Made by a program: the position numbers and the translations under genes. This document shows, one piece after another, positions 29,003-38,358 of a stretch of DNA of 64,000 nt. The stretch's first letter is position 1, and each line of letters opens with the position of its first letter. Origin of the DNA: Verrucomicrobiota bacterium (GTDB lineage Bacteria; Verrucomicrobiota; Verrucomicrobiia; Opitutales; Seribacteraceae); the NCBI GenBank assembly GCA_027622665.1, contig JAQBYT010000008.1, positions 32,001 through 96,000 on the forward strand, given 5' to 3'. The notes below the pieces were generated by a model. That model searched no databases. It was not told the DNA's origin and saw only the letters and a list, made by a program, of their open reading frames with translations.

Positions 29003-32000
29003 ATTTCTTAACATCCTTCGCAGGGAAGCCCGACTAGTGGCTTTCTCCAGAATGGCCGTGGCCTTGGCCGCGGCATTCGTGACGTGGCCGGGGTTGGCTC
29101 TTTTGCTCGATGCTTACGATGCGGCTTTTCCTATTCTTGAATCCCAAGCGGTCAAATACGTCTTCGTTGCCCTTGGGGTAACTGCTTTAGTTTTTCTACT
29201 TCTGGCATGGCGGGCTTGGGCTGCTCGGCCAAATCCTGAGCAGGTAGCGATCGAAGTGGAGAAGGGTAACCCTCAACTGATGGATCTCCTCAACTGCGCC
29301 GTAGACCTTCACGACCGTGAGCGTGAAGAGTATACCTTCATGGAGCGGCGGGTCTTGGAGAAGGCGGAGCAACGGGCGGAAACGATATCTTGGGAACGCG
29401 GAGCCCGTCCGGGTGGTCGTTTTTGGAGCGCAGTGGTGGCAGGTTTGCTGGCGGGCAGCCTTCTTACGGCATGGAGCTTTGAGCGAAGCCCCCTGCAAAA
29501 GACCTTCGACTCTTTGCTGGATGAACCGGGACTTTCGGTCTTCACCACGAAAACGGGCGAGACCAGAGCCAAGGAACATCCTGCTTCCTACGAGTTTTCT
29601 CGTGGTACCGACATCTCCGTGTTTGCCGACGTAACCCGGGGGCATAGGGGCAAAAAGAACGCATTCATCGAGTTCGAGGAGAACGGCAAGGTCGAGCGGC
29701 TTGAAATGCTCGAGACTACCACTCTTGGCCGGTTCGAATACGTCGTTCCGGGTTTGGCGGAACCTTTTGTTTACAGGATAGTTACCCTCTCGATTGAGGG
29801 AAATTGGCAAAAGCTCAATCCGTACGACCCTCCCGTATTGGAAGAGGCTCGCTGGGACATTATTCCTCCCTCCTACTCGGGGTTGGTTGCTTTCGAGCAA
29901 GTCGGATTCGGTCATCGGCGAGTACCCGAGGGCAGTCGCATCGAATTGTCCTTGCAGGTTGCCGCCACCCCGCCGCACGTTGTCGCTCACATTCTCTCGG
30001 AAGCCAATTCCAGCAATGAGTTAGCTCGCAATGACGAAGGTTTTTTCGAACTCAACCGAGTGCTCCGCAAGGATTGGTCCGGACGTCTTGCCTTGAAGGA
30101 TTCCGATTTCCCTCAGCGTGATGCCGTGGAATATGAAGAATTCGTCTTCTCCGTTATTCCCGACAAACCTCCCGTAGTAGAGATCACCGAGCCTGCCAAG
30201 GATCTTGAAGTTCCCTCCGACGGCCAGTTGCTCTTGGAGATTTTTGCCGCCGACGATTACGGAGTCGCCAAAGCCGAGGTCATTGTTTCCCACGGTGGAA
30301 AAAAAGAAGCGGTCAACGTCTTTCCGGATCCCGTGGAGAGGGAAAAGACCTTGTCTCACATTATTGACCTGAGCGAATTGAGCTTGGCTGTCGGCGACGT
30401 GGTTTCCTATCACGCCATCGTTACCGACAACAAAGAGCCGGAGGGGCAACAAGCACGGTCCGAAATTTACTTTATCGAGATTTTGCCTCCCGAAGGTGAG
30501 GAAATCGAAGGCGATGGCGGAGACATGGCGGCCGAGCAAAAGGAAATCCCCATTCGCGACTTCATTAACCAAACCAAGCAAATCATTCGTTCCACTTACG
30601 ATGCCCTAGGCGAGGAAGGGGAAGAACGGGACCGACGAGCCATTGCCATTTCCGCAGATGCGCTCGGGCTCAAGCATGGCATGACAAAGGTTTATGACGA
30701 AAACGATGGGGAATTCCCTTCTGTCGACGGCATCGACTTAGGAGAACTCCTGAACGAGGCTACCTTTCACATCGAGCAGACGGAAATCTTCGCAGGAGAC
30801 AACGAACTGGAGAAATCGCTCGAGCCTTCCGAGGAAACTCTTCGCAAACTCGTCTTGATGTACGCGCTCATTCGCAAGGAACAAAAGATGAAGAGCAAAG
30901 GGAAAGGCAAAAAAGGTGACAAACAAGAGGAAACCGCGGAGAAGCAGGAACCCTCTGAAGAACAAGGTGAACCATCCGATCCTGCAGAGGAGTTGAAAAA
31001 GTTGGGCGAAGCCCTCGAACAGGCGCGAGACCTCCAGGAACGTCAAAACGAATTGAATTCGAAAATCGGGAGAGCTTCCCGCAATGGACGAAAAGGCGAA
31101 CCGAATCGTGAACTGGCCAAGGAACAAGATGAAATACAAGAAGACACCGAAGGATTGCGTGACGACGTCTACGGGAAGTCGGGTCGTATCGGCGACGTTC
31201 GTTCCTTCGACCGAGCCGGTGAGGAAATGCAGGACTCCAAAGGTGAGCTTTCCAAAGACGATCCCCAGAAAGCCAAACCACATGGCGACTTGGCTGCCGA
31301 GGCATTGAGCGATGCGATCAGTGAGATCGAAGGCAAAATGTCCGCCATCGCCGCAGATATGCTGGGCCAACTCGAAAGCCAAGGAAAGGGCTTGGCCAAA
31401 CGCCAACGTGAAAACGCTGAAAAGACAGAAGGTGCCGGAGCCGGAAGCGGCGAACCCCTTAAAGGCGAGCAGGACGGAATCAACGAGGAAGCAAAAGATT
31501 TGTTGTCGAAGATCGAGCAAGCGGGCATGGCCCTGCGCGACCTCAGCGAAAACGCTACCGAAGATCTTTTCCGCTCCGCTCGCGAGGCTCGCGGCAAGGG
31601 CATCGAAAAATCCGGAAAAAGAGCCTCCAACGCCTTGCTTTACGAAGCTTTCCCACAAGCCAAGCGCGAGGAGGATAAGGTTGCCGGTGAACTAGAGGAT
31701 GTGGCCGAAGACCTTGCGGACGTTAAGAGAAAACTCCAAAATCAAGGCAACGCAGCTCTCGCCGAACTGGCGAAGAAACTTCGAGAAACCCAACAACAAC
31801 TACCCGGCATGGGAGATGAGCAACTCAAGGAACGGAGCGATGAACTCGCCAAGGCTATAGGTAATTTGCCCGGAGGTGAATCCGATGAACGCGTAAGAAA
31901 CCTCACTCAGTTTTTCGAGCAAGTCGCCATTGATGAAAACCCTAGCCAAGCTCGTTCCGCTGCTTCCGAAGCGGTAGCTCAAGCTTTGGAACTGGTCGAG

Positions 32001-32123
32001 CAATTCTTCTGGAAGGAAGCCGTCGAGGAACGCCTGCGCCGCAACCACGAAACGACTGCCGCTCCGCGCAAGTACAAACGGCAAGTCGAAGAATACTTCC
32101 GTCGAATCGCGGAAGGGAATTAA
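28995..32123 (+). CDS. Large membrane-anchored DUF4175-like coiled-coil protein
   Basis: Three N-terminal TM segments, PPSY, PDKPPVV, DDYG, TDN, long acidic/Gln-rich helical region, terminal YKRQVEEYFRRI. Confidence 0.75.
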   Translation: MPEFLNILRREARLVAFSRMAVALAAAFVTWPGLALLLDAYDAAFPILESQAVKYVFVALGVTALVFLLLAWRAWAARPNPEQVAIEVEKGNPQLMDLLNCAVDLHDREREEYTFMERRVLEKAEQRAETISWERGARPGGRFWSAVVAGLLAGSLLTAWSFERSPLQKTFDSLLDEPGLSVFTTKTGETRAKEHPASYEFSRGTDISVFADVTRGHRGKKNAFIEFEENGKVERLEMLETTTLGRFEYVVPGLAEPFVYRIVTLSIEGNWQKLNPYDPPVLEEARWDIIPPSYSGLVAFEQVGFGHRRVPEGSRIELSLQVAATPPHVVAHILSEANSSNELARNDEGFFELNRVLRKDWSGRLALKDSDFPQRDAVEYEEFVFSVIPDKPPVVEITEPAKDLEVPSDGQLLLEIFAADDYGVAKAEVIVSHGGKKEAVNVFPDPVEREKTLSHIIDLSELSLAVGDVVSYHAIVTDNKEPEGQQARSEIYFIEILPPEGEEIEGDGGDMAAEQKEIPIRDFINQTKQIIRSTYDALGEEGEERDRRAIAISADALGLKHGMTKVYDENDGEFPSVDGIDLGELLNEATFHIEQTEIFAGDNELEKSLEPSEETLRKLVLMYALIRKEQKMKSKGKGKKGDKQEETAEKQEPSEEQGEPSDPAEELKKLGEALEQARDLQERQNELNSKIGRASRNGRKGEPNRELAKEQDEIQEDTEGLRDDVYGKSGRIGDVRSFDRAGEEMQDSKGELSKDDPQKAKPHGDLAAEALSDAISEIEGKMSAIAADMLGQLESQGKGLAKRQRENAEKTEGAGAGSGEPLKGEQDGINEEAKDLLSKIEQAGMALRDLSENATEDLFRSAREARGKGIEKSGKRASNALLYEAFPQAKREEDKVAGELEDVAEDLADVKRKLQNQGNAALAELAKKLRETQQQLPGMGDEQLKERSDELAKAIGNLPGGESDERVRNLTQFFEQVAIDENPSQARSAASEAVAQALELVEQFFWKEAVEERLRRNHETTAAPRKYKRQVEEYFRRIAEGN

Positions 32124-32124
32124 G

Positions 32125-34284
32125 ATGGGTTTCGATTGGCCCGCTCCTCCCGAGTGGTTGGGTATTGCCGGCATTCTACTGCTTGCCGCCGCCATCTACC
32201 ATTTCTCCGGATTACGTGCGTCCGCTCCGGACCCGACCCGACGAATGGTCATTGCCCTGCGTTCGGTCGCCTTGGCCTTGTTTGCATTTCTTCTCCTGAG
32301 ACCGTACTGGGAAACTACTTCTCCTGATGCGGAACGCTATCGTTTGGTCGCCTTGGCCGATCTTTCCGGAAGTATGCTCACGAAGGACGTTAAGGATGGA
32401 CCCTCTCGGGCGGATCAAATCAAATCGGCGTTGGATGCTTCTTCACCTGACAGCTGGATTTCCCAAGCCCGCCAGCGACACGAAAAGGTGGAGGCGTTCG
32501 GTTTCGACGAAAGAACCGACACTCTCCGTCCCTCGGCTTGGAAACGTCCCGAGGCAGGTAATAAGACTGCCCTAGGCGAAGCCCTCCGCGAAACTCTTGC
32601 CAAAGCCAACGCCACCGAGGCTCCGGCGGCTGTCATTGTGTTTTCCGATGGTCGCAACAACCAAGGCAGCTCGTCTCTGGAGGTGGCCAAGGATTTTCGA
32701 ACTCGTGGAATTCCCGTAAACGTCGTTGGAGTCGGTGAAGCTCGTGCCGCGGGCGACGTCTCCGTTAGTTTTGCCGACCGCCTTCCCCGAGCCATCGCGA
32801 AGGAGGAGCTGAAGCTGAGTGCTTTGGTTCGTAATGATTTCGGCAAGAAAACAACAACTCAAGTACGCCTACTGGAAGGTGAAAAGCAACTTTTGGAAAC
32901 CACGGTCAGTCTAGATCCCGGTGAGGAAAAACGTTTGGACTTCGCCCCATTGATTCCCGAGGCGGCAGGCCCTGCTCGATATCGATTAACGGTGGAACCG
33001 CCATTGGGCGATCGCGACCCTTCGAATGATTCGGATTCGCTTCTGGTACTCGTGCAGCCACCCGAGGTCGTGACCACCTTATACTTTTCAAATAGGGTCC
33101 ATCCGCTTTATCCTTTCCTCAAGAGAACTTTGGCGTCCGACGAGCGTTTCGACTTTCGAGCCCTTATTCGAATGAGCGAGAAAACTTTTCATGCCTTTGG
33201 GGAAAACCTTAAACCCGAACTGCCCGAAGATCCCGAGTTCTGGATGGACTTCGACACCGTCATTCTGGACGCCTCCGTTTTCAGCGATTTGAATGACACT
33301 GTGGTGGAAGGCTTGAAGCGATTTGTCCACAGGCGGGGTGGGGGACTCTTGTTGTTCGGACCTGCGAAATTGGCTCGCGAAAAGCTTGGGGGCGTCGCAC
33401 CGGTTCGCGAAGTGGAGGAATTCCTCGGCAAAGAGGACCGCTCCCTCGTTGCCTTGGAGGAACCGATTTTTGCTCCCGAGGACGAGGCTGGGAAGATGAA
33501 ACCGTTTCTGCCAGGTCGCCTTCCCGGCTTTTTCGTGACCGAGAAGAATCCAGCCGCCCGGGGCGTTGTTATTTCAAGAGCCAATGGGAAGGCTGTGCTC
33601 GTCCTGCAAGCGTATGGTGCGGGGCGGGTAGGGTACTGGGGTTCGCCTCACGACTGGCGAAGACCTCTGCGTGACGAGAGGGACGGCAAGGAGTTTCGGA
33701 AGTTCTGGACTGCCCTTGCGGAATGGCTTGGTTCCGGCGGCGAGGACAGATTGCGGATCGAAGACGAAAACCGCCCGCGGGAAAGAGGGAAGTCCGTCAA
33801 CCTTGCGGTCGAAACATTGGGGTCGGACTTCGAGCCTTCCCACGACGCCTTGGTCGAGGCCAAGGTGGAAGGCCCTGACGGTTACGAGCGCACCCTCCAC
33901 TTGTATCCCGAAGGTGCCGTGGCAGGTCGATACGCGAGCTCCTTTCTGCCCGGGTCGCCAGGGGAGTACAAGGTGACTTACTCTCTCTCGTTTCCAGACG
34001 GAGAAGCCTTGGAAAGAGAGAACTTTTTGCGAGTGGCTGAAACGGGGGAGGAAAGCATAGACGTATCCTACAACGAACGCGACCTTCGCATGCTAGCGAA
34101 ATTGACGGGAGGCGATTACTTGAAAATCGATGAACTTGATTCCGGTTGGGAACCCAAAATGGCCAAGGACCTTCCCTTGCGGGTGGAACGAGTCAGTCTC
34201 GCCGATAACTGGGTTTTCTTCCTTGTTCTCTTTCTTACCGCAGGTCTAGAATGGGTATTCCGCAGACAGGCGGGACTACAATGA
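32125..34284 (+). CDS. Membrane-anchored vWA + glutamine-amidotransferase-like domain protein
   Basis: Two N-terminal TMs, DLSGS MIDAS, T, FSDG, Ig-like segment ending ND, FVxxRGGGLL, YGAGRV, LAKLTGG, terminal TM + EWVFRR. Confidence 0.8.
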   Translation: MGFDWPAPPEWLGIAGILLLAAAIYHFSGLRASAPDPTRRMVIALRSVALALFAFLLLRPYWETTSPDAERYRLVALADLSGSMLTKDVKDGPSRADQIKSALDASSPDSWISQARQRHEKVEAFGFDERTDTLRPSAWKRPEAGNKTALGEALRETLAKANATEAPAAVIVFSDGRNNQGSSSLEVAKDFRTRGIPVNVVGVGEARAAGDVSVSFADRLPRAIAKEELKLSALVRNDFGKKTTTQVRLLEGEKQLLETTVSLDPGEEKRLDFAPLIPEAAGPARYRLTVEPPLGDRDPSNDSDSLLVLVQPPEVVTTLYFSNRVHPLYPFLKRTLASDERFDFRALIRMSEKTFHAFGENLKPELPEDPEFWMDFDTVILDASVFSDLNDTVVEGLKRFVHRRGGGLLLFGPAKLAREKLGGVAPVREVEEFLGKEDRSLVALEEPIFAPEDEAGKMKPFLPGRLPGFFVTEKNPAARGVVISRANGKAVLVLQAYGAGRVGYWGSPHDWRRPLRDERDGKEFRKFWTALAEWLGSGGEDRLRIEDENRPRERGKSVNLAVETLGSDFEPSHDALVEAKVEGPDGYERTLHLYPEGAVAGRYASSFLPGSPGEYKVTYSLSFPDGEALERENFLRVAETGEESIDVSYNERDLRMLAKLTGGDYLKIDELDSGWEPKMAKDLPLRVERVSLADNWVFFLVLFLTAGLEWVFRRQAGLQ

Positions 34285-35900
34285 GCGAATGGCTAATAAA
34301 AGGGTTTGTTTTTGCAGCATTGCTTCCTCTCGGTCAAGCGATGGCTTGGCAGGCGCCTGTTCGGGTTTCACCAAACCTAAGCGTCGTTCCCCTCTCGGAT
34401 GAGAATGTTTCCGTAGTTGCCGAGGCGAACGCCAGCGTGACACCCAAGCCGGTTCGATCTTCCACGCAGGAAACCATTAATCAAGCTGGACTCGACTTGC
34501 GGCATGTCGAGGAAAATGTTCGTTCCGGAGCTGCCAGACTATTAGGCAAGTATCCCAGTCCGGCTTCCGCAGCGTACCTGACCTTTGCTCTGGACGACAG
34601 GATTGCTCGCGTGAGGAGAGCTGCCATCGTCTCGTTGGCCGAGCTTTATCTGAACGGTTTTTACATCTACGAAAAGCCTCTCGTCGAAAAAATTCTGTCC
34701 AAGCTGGGTGATCCCGACGTTGAAGTCCGACGCGAAGTTTCGGCCCTGATTCCCAGGCTTTCCATCGGACTCTTCAGGTCTTCCTTTGAGATCGTAGAAA
34801 TTAATGGTCGTCGCGTGGCTCGAGCTGCTCCGGCTACCTTGAGGGCGGATTTGATGGAGATCGCAAGAAAGGCTTTTTTCGATCCCGATGCCATCGTTAG
34901 GCAGAACATACTTAAATATCATTATGCGCTGAGACTTCCTTTGTCGGCTCAAGTTCTCGATCGTTTGTTGTCCGACTCCGATCTCGGGGTTCTTCTCACT
35001 GCTTTGAATCGTGTGCCGAGTTCCACGCCTTCCGAGACGGTGGTTCGTCGCGTTGAGAAACTTTCGCGTCATCCGGACGTAGGCGTCCGCAAAAAAGTCG
35101 TATCCGTGGCCCGAGACTCCAATCGCAGGCACCCCGGTTATCGAGCGATTCTTCGCAAGATGACGATGGACGAGGAACCCGCAGTCTTGTCGATGGCCGC
35201 CGTAGAACTTGCTCGTCTCGGAGAAAAAGTTGATCCCAAAGTCATTCAAGCAGTGGGCGACTACCTACTCGGCGTGGCCGGCGCCTCAACGCAGGTCATG
35301 ACTATTCTATATGCCGTTTCTGCCTTTGGCGATGAAGCCATCGAAATCTACAGTGAGTTGACCGAACACACCAGTTCCCAAATCCGCACGATTGCTTGGC
35401 AACGCCTACTGACCTTCGACAATGGGTGGGGGCGACCCGATGTCTGGTTGCCCGCCCTTGCAGACCGCGACAAGACTGTCCGTCGAGCCGTCGTCGCTAA
35501 CTTGAGCGCACGATCTCGAAACTTCGACCTCAAGACTATGGAGCAGCTCGTTGCCAGCGATTTCGTGGATGTGAGAACCTTTGCGGCCAGTTCTCTCTAC
35601 ACCGCTCGTCAGGATGCGGCGGAAGAAGTGGCTTTCGATCTTCTGATCGATGAAGACAACGACGTGCGAGCCCAAACCATTCGCGCCCTTGCCTCGCGTC
35701 GAACCCCGGGTTGGCTGAAAATAATGTCCAACTCCCTGCTCGACGAGGAGTACGTCATCAAGCGCGCTGCCTTGGATGGTTTACTCGGTGACCCTGTTCA
35801 GGGAGTGAAAACGATCCGCAAATTCGTGAGCGAACACCCGACCGATCCGATCACACCGCTTGCCTTGGCCGAACTGAAGAGCAGAGGAATAACCCAATGA
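34281..35900 (+). CDS. Secreted HEAT-repeat protein
   Basis: Signal peptide from ATG 34281 (ATGA overlap); many D.D..VR..A repeats. Confidence 0.8.
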   Translation: MSEWLIKGFVFAALLPLGQAMAWQAPVRVSPNLSVVPLSDENVSVVAEANASVTPKPVRSSTQETINQAGLDLRHVEENVRSGAARLLGKYPSPASAAYLTFALDDRIARVRRAAIVSLAELYLNGFYIYEKPLVEKILSKLGDPDVEVRREVSALIPRLSIGLFRSSFEIVEINGRRVARAAPATLRADLMEIARKAFFDPDAIVRQNILKYHYALRLPLSAQVLDRLLSDSDLGVLLTALNRVPSSTPSETVVRRVEKLSRHPDVGVRKKVVSVARDSNRRHPGYRAILRKMTMDEEPAVLSMAAVELARLGEKVDPKVIQAVGDYLLGVAGASTQVMTILYAVSAFGDEAIEIYSELTEHTSSQIRTIAWQRLLTFDNGWGRPDVWLPALADRDKTVRRAVVANLSARSRNFDLKTMEQLVASDFVDVRTFAASSLYTARQDAAEEVAFDLLIDEDNDVRAQTIRALASRRTPGWLKIMSNSLLDEEYVIKRAALDGLLGDPVQGVKTIRKFVSEHPTDPITPLALAELKSRGITQ

Positions 35901-36886
35901 GACTCGCCGTTTACCTGTTTATAGCGCTTGCGGCATCCTTCGGATTGCCCGACCTACAAGCCGCTCCGCCTGCTCGCGATGCCATTCGCATCGTTCAACT
36001 CCTTCGTAGCGATAACGTCTTGCGTCGCTACCCTGATGCGTTGCCTAGCTTGCTCAGGCACATGAACGAGGAAACCACAGCCAAATTCGATACGGACCCT
36101 CTCTTCATACAATCCCTCGAAGACGAGCAACTTTTGCAAAATCCCATCCTCTATATCAACTGTGATGAACAGCCCAATCTCGAGTTTTCCGACGGCGAAA
36201 AGCAAGCCCTTCGCGAGTACTTGGAGAGAGGCGGTTTTCTCTACCTCGATGCGGGAATCAAAGCCTCCTTTCTCGGCAGTGATCTTGGTCACAGTTACGC
36301 AGCTTGGGAAGAACGACCCGAGGTCAAGGAACTCTTTGCCAATATCTTTCCTGAAAAGGTTTTCGTTCCGCTACAAAGGGATCACGAGCTCTTCCGCAGT
36401 TTCTACAAGGGTCTTCCCGACAACAAGGACCTCAAGATTCAAGCCAACCAGAAAAAGTTGCCCGAAACCGTCTTAAGCTTTGTCGAACGGGAGAAATGGC
36501 CGCAGGGAACTTATTCCTTCGTCGGTTTGCGGATCAAGGAGCGTATCGCGGTTCTGGCCTCTCCCATTTGCGCGATGGGGTGGGGGAAGGATGAATTCGG
36601 GGCGTGGATTCCTCCCATTTCCTTTCGTATCCGTGAATCTTCCGAGGGTTTCAACGAAAAGCTAAAACTGGCTTCCTTCAAAGGTGGTACCTATGAAGTA
36701 AAGCGGGAGGACGGCCTAAAAGACATTCTTTATTCCGAGCCGGGGCAAAGACCTTTGTGGGTTCAGGAACCGACTGGGAAGTGGCGAATATTCAAATATT
36801 ATTCGGGCGAGGAAATCAGCAATTTCGCTCATGCTTTTTATACCCGAATCGGTGCCAACGTATTGATGTTCGCTCTCACCAACTAA
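35897..36886 (+). CDS. DUF4159 domain protein
   Basis: Signal peptide, PDAL, PILY, LREYLERGGFL, IFPE...L..DHELF, IGANV. Confidence 0.8.
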   Translation: MRLAVYLFIALAASFGLPDLQAAPPARDAIRIVQLLRSDNVLRRYPDALPSLLRHMNEETTAKFDTDPLFIQSLEDEQLLQNPILYINCDEQPNLEFSDGEKQALREYLERGGFLYLDAGIKASFLGSDLGHSYAAWEERPEVKELFANIFPEKVFVPLQRDHELFRSFYKGLPDNKDLKIQANQKKLPETVLSFVEREKWPQGTYSFVGLRIKERIAVLASPICAMGWGKDEFGAWIPPISFRIRESSEGFNEKLKLASFKGGTYEVKREDGLKDILYSEPGQRPLWVQEPTGKWRIFKYYSGEEISNFAHAFYTRIGANVLMFALTN

Positions 36887-36900
36887 TAACCACACGAATC

Positions 36901-37314
36901 ATGGCCGACGACAAGTTTCCTGCCCCACCCGAACCCACGGGCGACTTCCCCGCAGCGCGTTCCTCACTCCCGCCTTTCGTTTGGTGGATTGTCGCAGCCA
37001 TAGCGGTCATTACCTTCATTTTCTTTCTTCCTAGCCAGTGCGGCTTGGAAAACATCGAAACACCCAGCCCCGCCGTTACCGACCCTAATGAGCAACCCGT
37101 GGCGGATCAGGAAACCGAAATGGAGCTAAGGAAAGACCAACTGTGGTACAAGATCGACGCAGAGAAGCCCTTCACCGGAGCCGCAATCGAGAAGCACCCA
37201 AACGGTAAAATGAAGTCTCGCACCCTCATGAAGGATGGAATTTCCTTCGGATTGATCGAAGAGTGGGACGTCAACGGTTCAGTCGTCGGGCCAAAATTCA
37301 AGGACGAGTTGTGA
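36901..37314 (+). CDS. Single-TM hypothetical protein with MORN-variant (YwqK-like) repeat
   Basis: ATG 36901; TM WWIVAAIAVITFIFFL; KPFTG...HPNG...KDG..G...EWD.NG. Confidence 0.65.
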   Translation: MADDKFPAPPEPTGDFPAARSSLPPFVWWIVAAIAVITFIFFLPSQCGLENIETPSPAVTDPNEQPVADQETEMELRKDQLWYKIDAEKPFTGAAIEKHPNGKMKSRTLMKDGISFGLIEEWDVNGSVVGPKFKDEL

Positions 37315-38075
37315 AAAGTATACCTTTGTTGGTTCTCGCCCTTTTCATCATGGTGTTTTCGAGTCTCGCCCTAGCCGAGCACCCGGTTCCTTCCGCCGAA
37401 TTGCAGGCAATCGAAAAAAAGTACAAAGAGGCGGAAAAGGCGAACAACGCTCGCATCGCAGATCAGCCGAAAGCCATAGACGCCTATTCACGAAGAGGAG
37501 ATGCCAGACTTTTCCTTGGCAAATTCAAGGGATCAGCCGAAGACTACGAAAAAATGATCGAGCTGGACCCTTCTCTAGACGTATCCCACTGGCGGCTTGG
37601 CATCGCCTACTATTACCTGAACCGATTCGACAAGGCGGCCCATCAGTTCGAAATCTATCACAACCATGACAACGTGGACCGTGAAAACGGCATCTGGCGA
37701 TTCATGTCGCAAACGCGCCTAAAAAATATGGAGGTAGCCCGCAAAGGCTTACTCAAATACGAAAAGACGGATCGCCCACCGTATCCGTGGGTATACTCCC
37801 TCTATGCAGGCGACATAAAACCAGAGGACGTCTACCGCAAAATCGACGAGGGGGGCTTCCCCGATCGCTACAAGGAACGTGTACTTTTTCACGCCCAATT
37901 GTACGTCGGCATCTTTCACGAATTGCACGGCAGGGATAAGGAAGCCTTGAAGCACCTTAGAGCCGCAGCAGCCAACGAATACGGTCGTGCCACCGGTACC
38001 TACATGTGGCAAGTAGCTCGTGTTCATTACGATCTCCTACAAACCAAGCTTTCATCCAAGAATCGGGAGAAATAA
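37311..38075 (+). CDS. Secreted tetratricopeptide-repeat protein (NlpI-like)
   Basis: GTG 37311 overlaps the upstream TGA; signal peptide; AYSRRG...A..DY...IELDP TPRs; DRENGIW. Confidence 0.8.
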   Translation: MKSIPLLVLALFIMVFSSLALAEHPVPSAELQAIEKKYKEAEKANNARIADQPKAIDAYSRRGDARLFLGKFKGSAEDYEKMIELDPSLDVSHWRLGIAYYYLNRFDKAAHQFEIYHNHDNVDRENGIWRFMSQTRLKNMEVARKGLLKYEKTDRPPYPWVYSLYAGDIKPEDVYRKIDEGGFPDRYKERVLFHAQLYVGIFHELHGRDKEALKHLRAAAANEYGRATGTYMWQVARVHYDLLQTKLSSKNREK

Positions 38076-38136
38076 GCCTAGTTTCTTAGGGAGTTGATGC
38101 TTATTCAGGGGAGCGGGGCTTTCTCTCAGAACGCTT

Positions 38137-38335
38137 AATCCGGCGACACGGGATTTTATTGCTTACTCCACCGAGCCGGTGGCGTAATTATCAAAATAGG
38201 CTCGCCCATCCTTTCGCCTCAGGAAGGAGAGCGAATCATGAGTGCTTGCTCGGAAGACATAGCAATAGCTACACGGGTCGGGCCAGAACTAACGCTGTAC
38301 CTAGCATGACTTGTTGCACTTTTCCTTAGGGGCAA
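38137..38335. ncRNA. Candidate structured RNA / palindromic element
   Basis: Two small hairpins (38137-38155, 38163-38187) and a long imperfect rod (38213-38335) lie in an ORF-free gap between convergent 3' ends. No family recognised. Confidence 0.3.
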
Positions 38336-38358
38336 CCGAAAGTCTTTCTATGAGGTAC

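Noticed and set aside
30738..31658. Long antisense or alternate-frame ORFs (also 5749-6585, 8220-9008, 29196-29990, 45170-46024)
   Set aside because: They overlap well-supported genes and lack motifs; such shadows are expected at this GC content.
38076..38358. TPP, glycine or cobalamin riboswitch, SRP RNA, RNase P or tmRNA identity for the structured gap
   Set aside because: Only short partial words (CTGAGA, GGAGAG) match. The conserved cores are absent and the gap is not a 5' leader.
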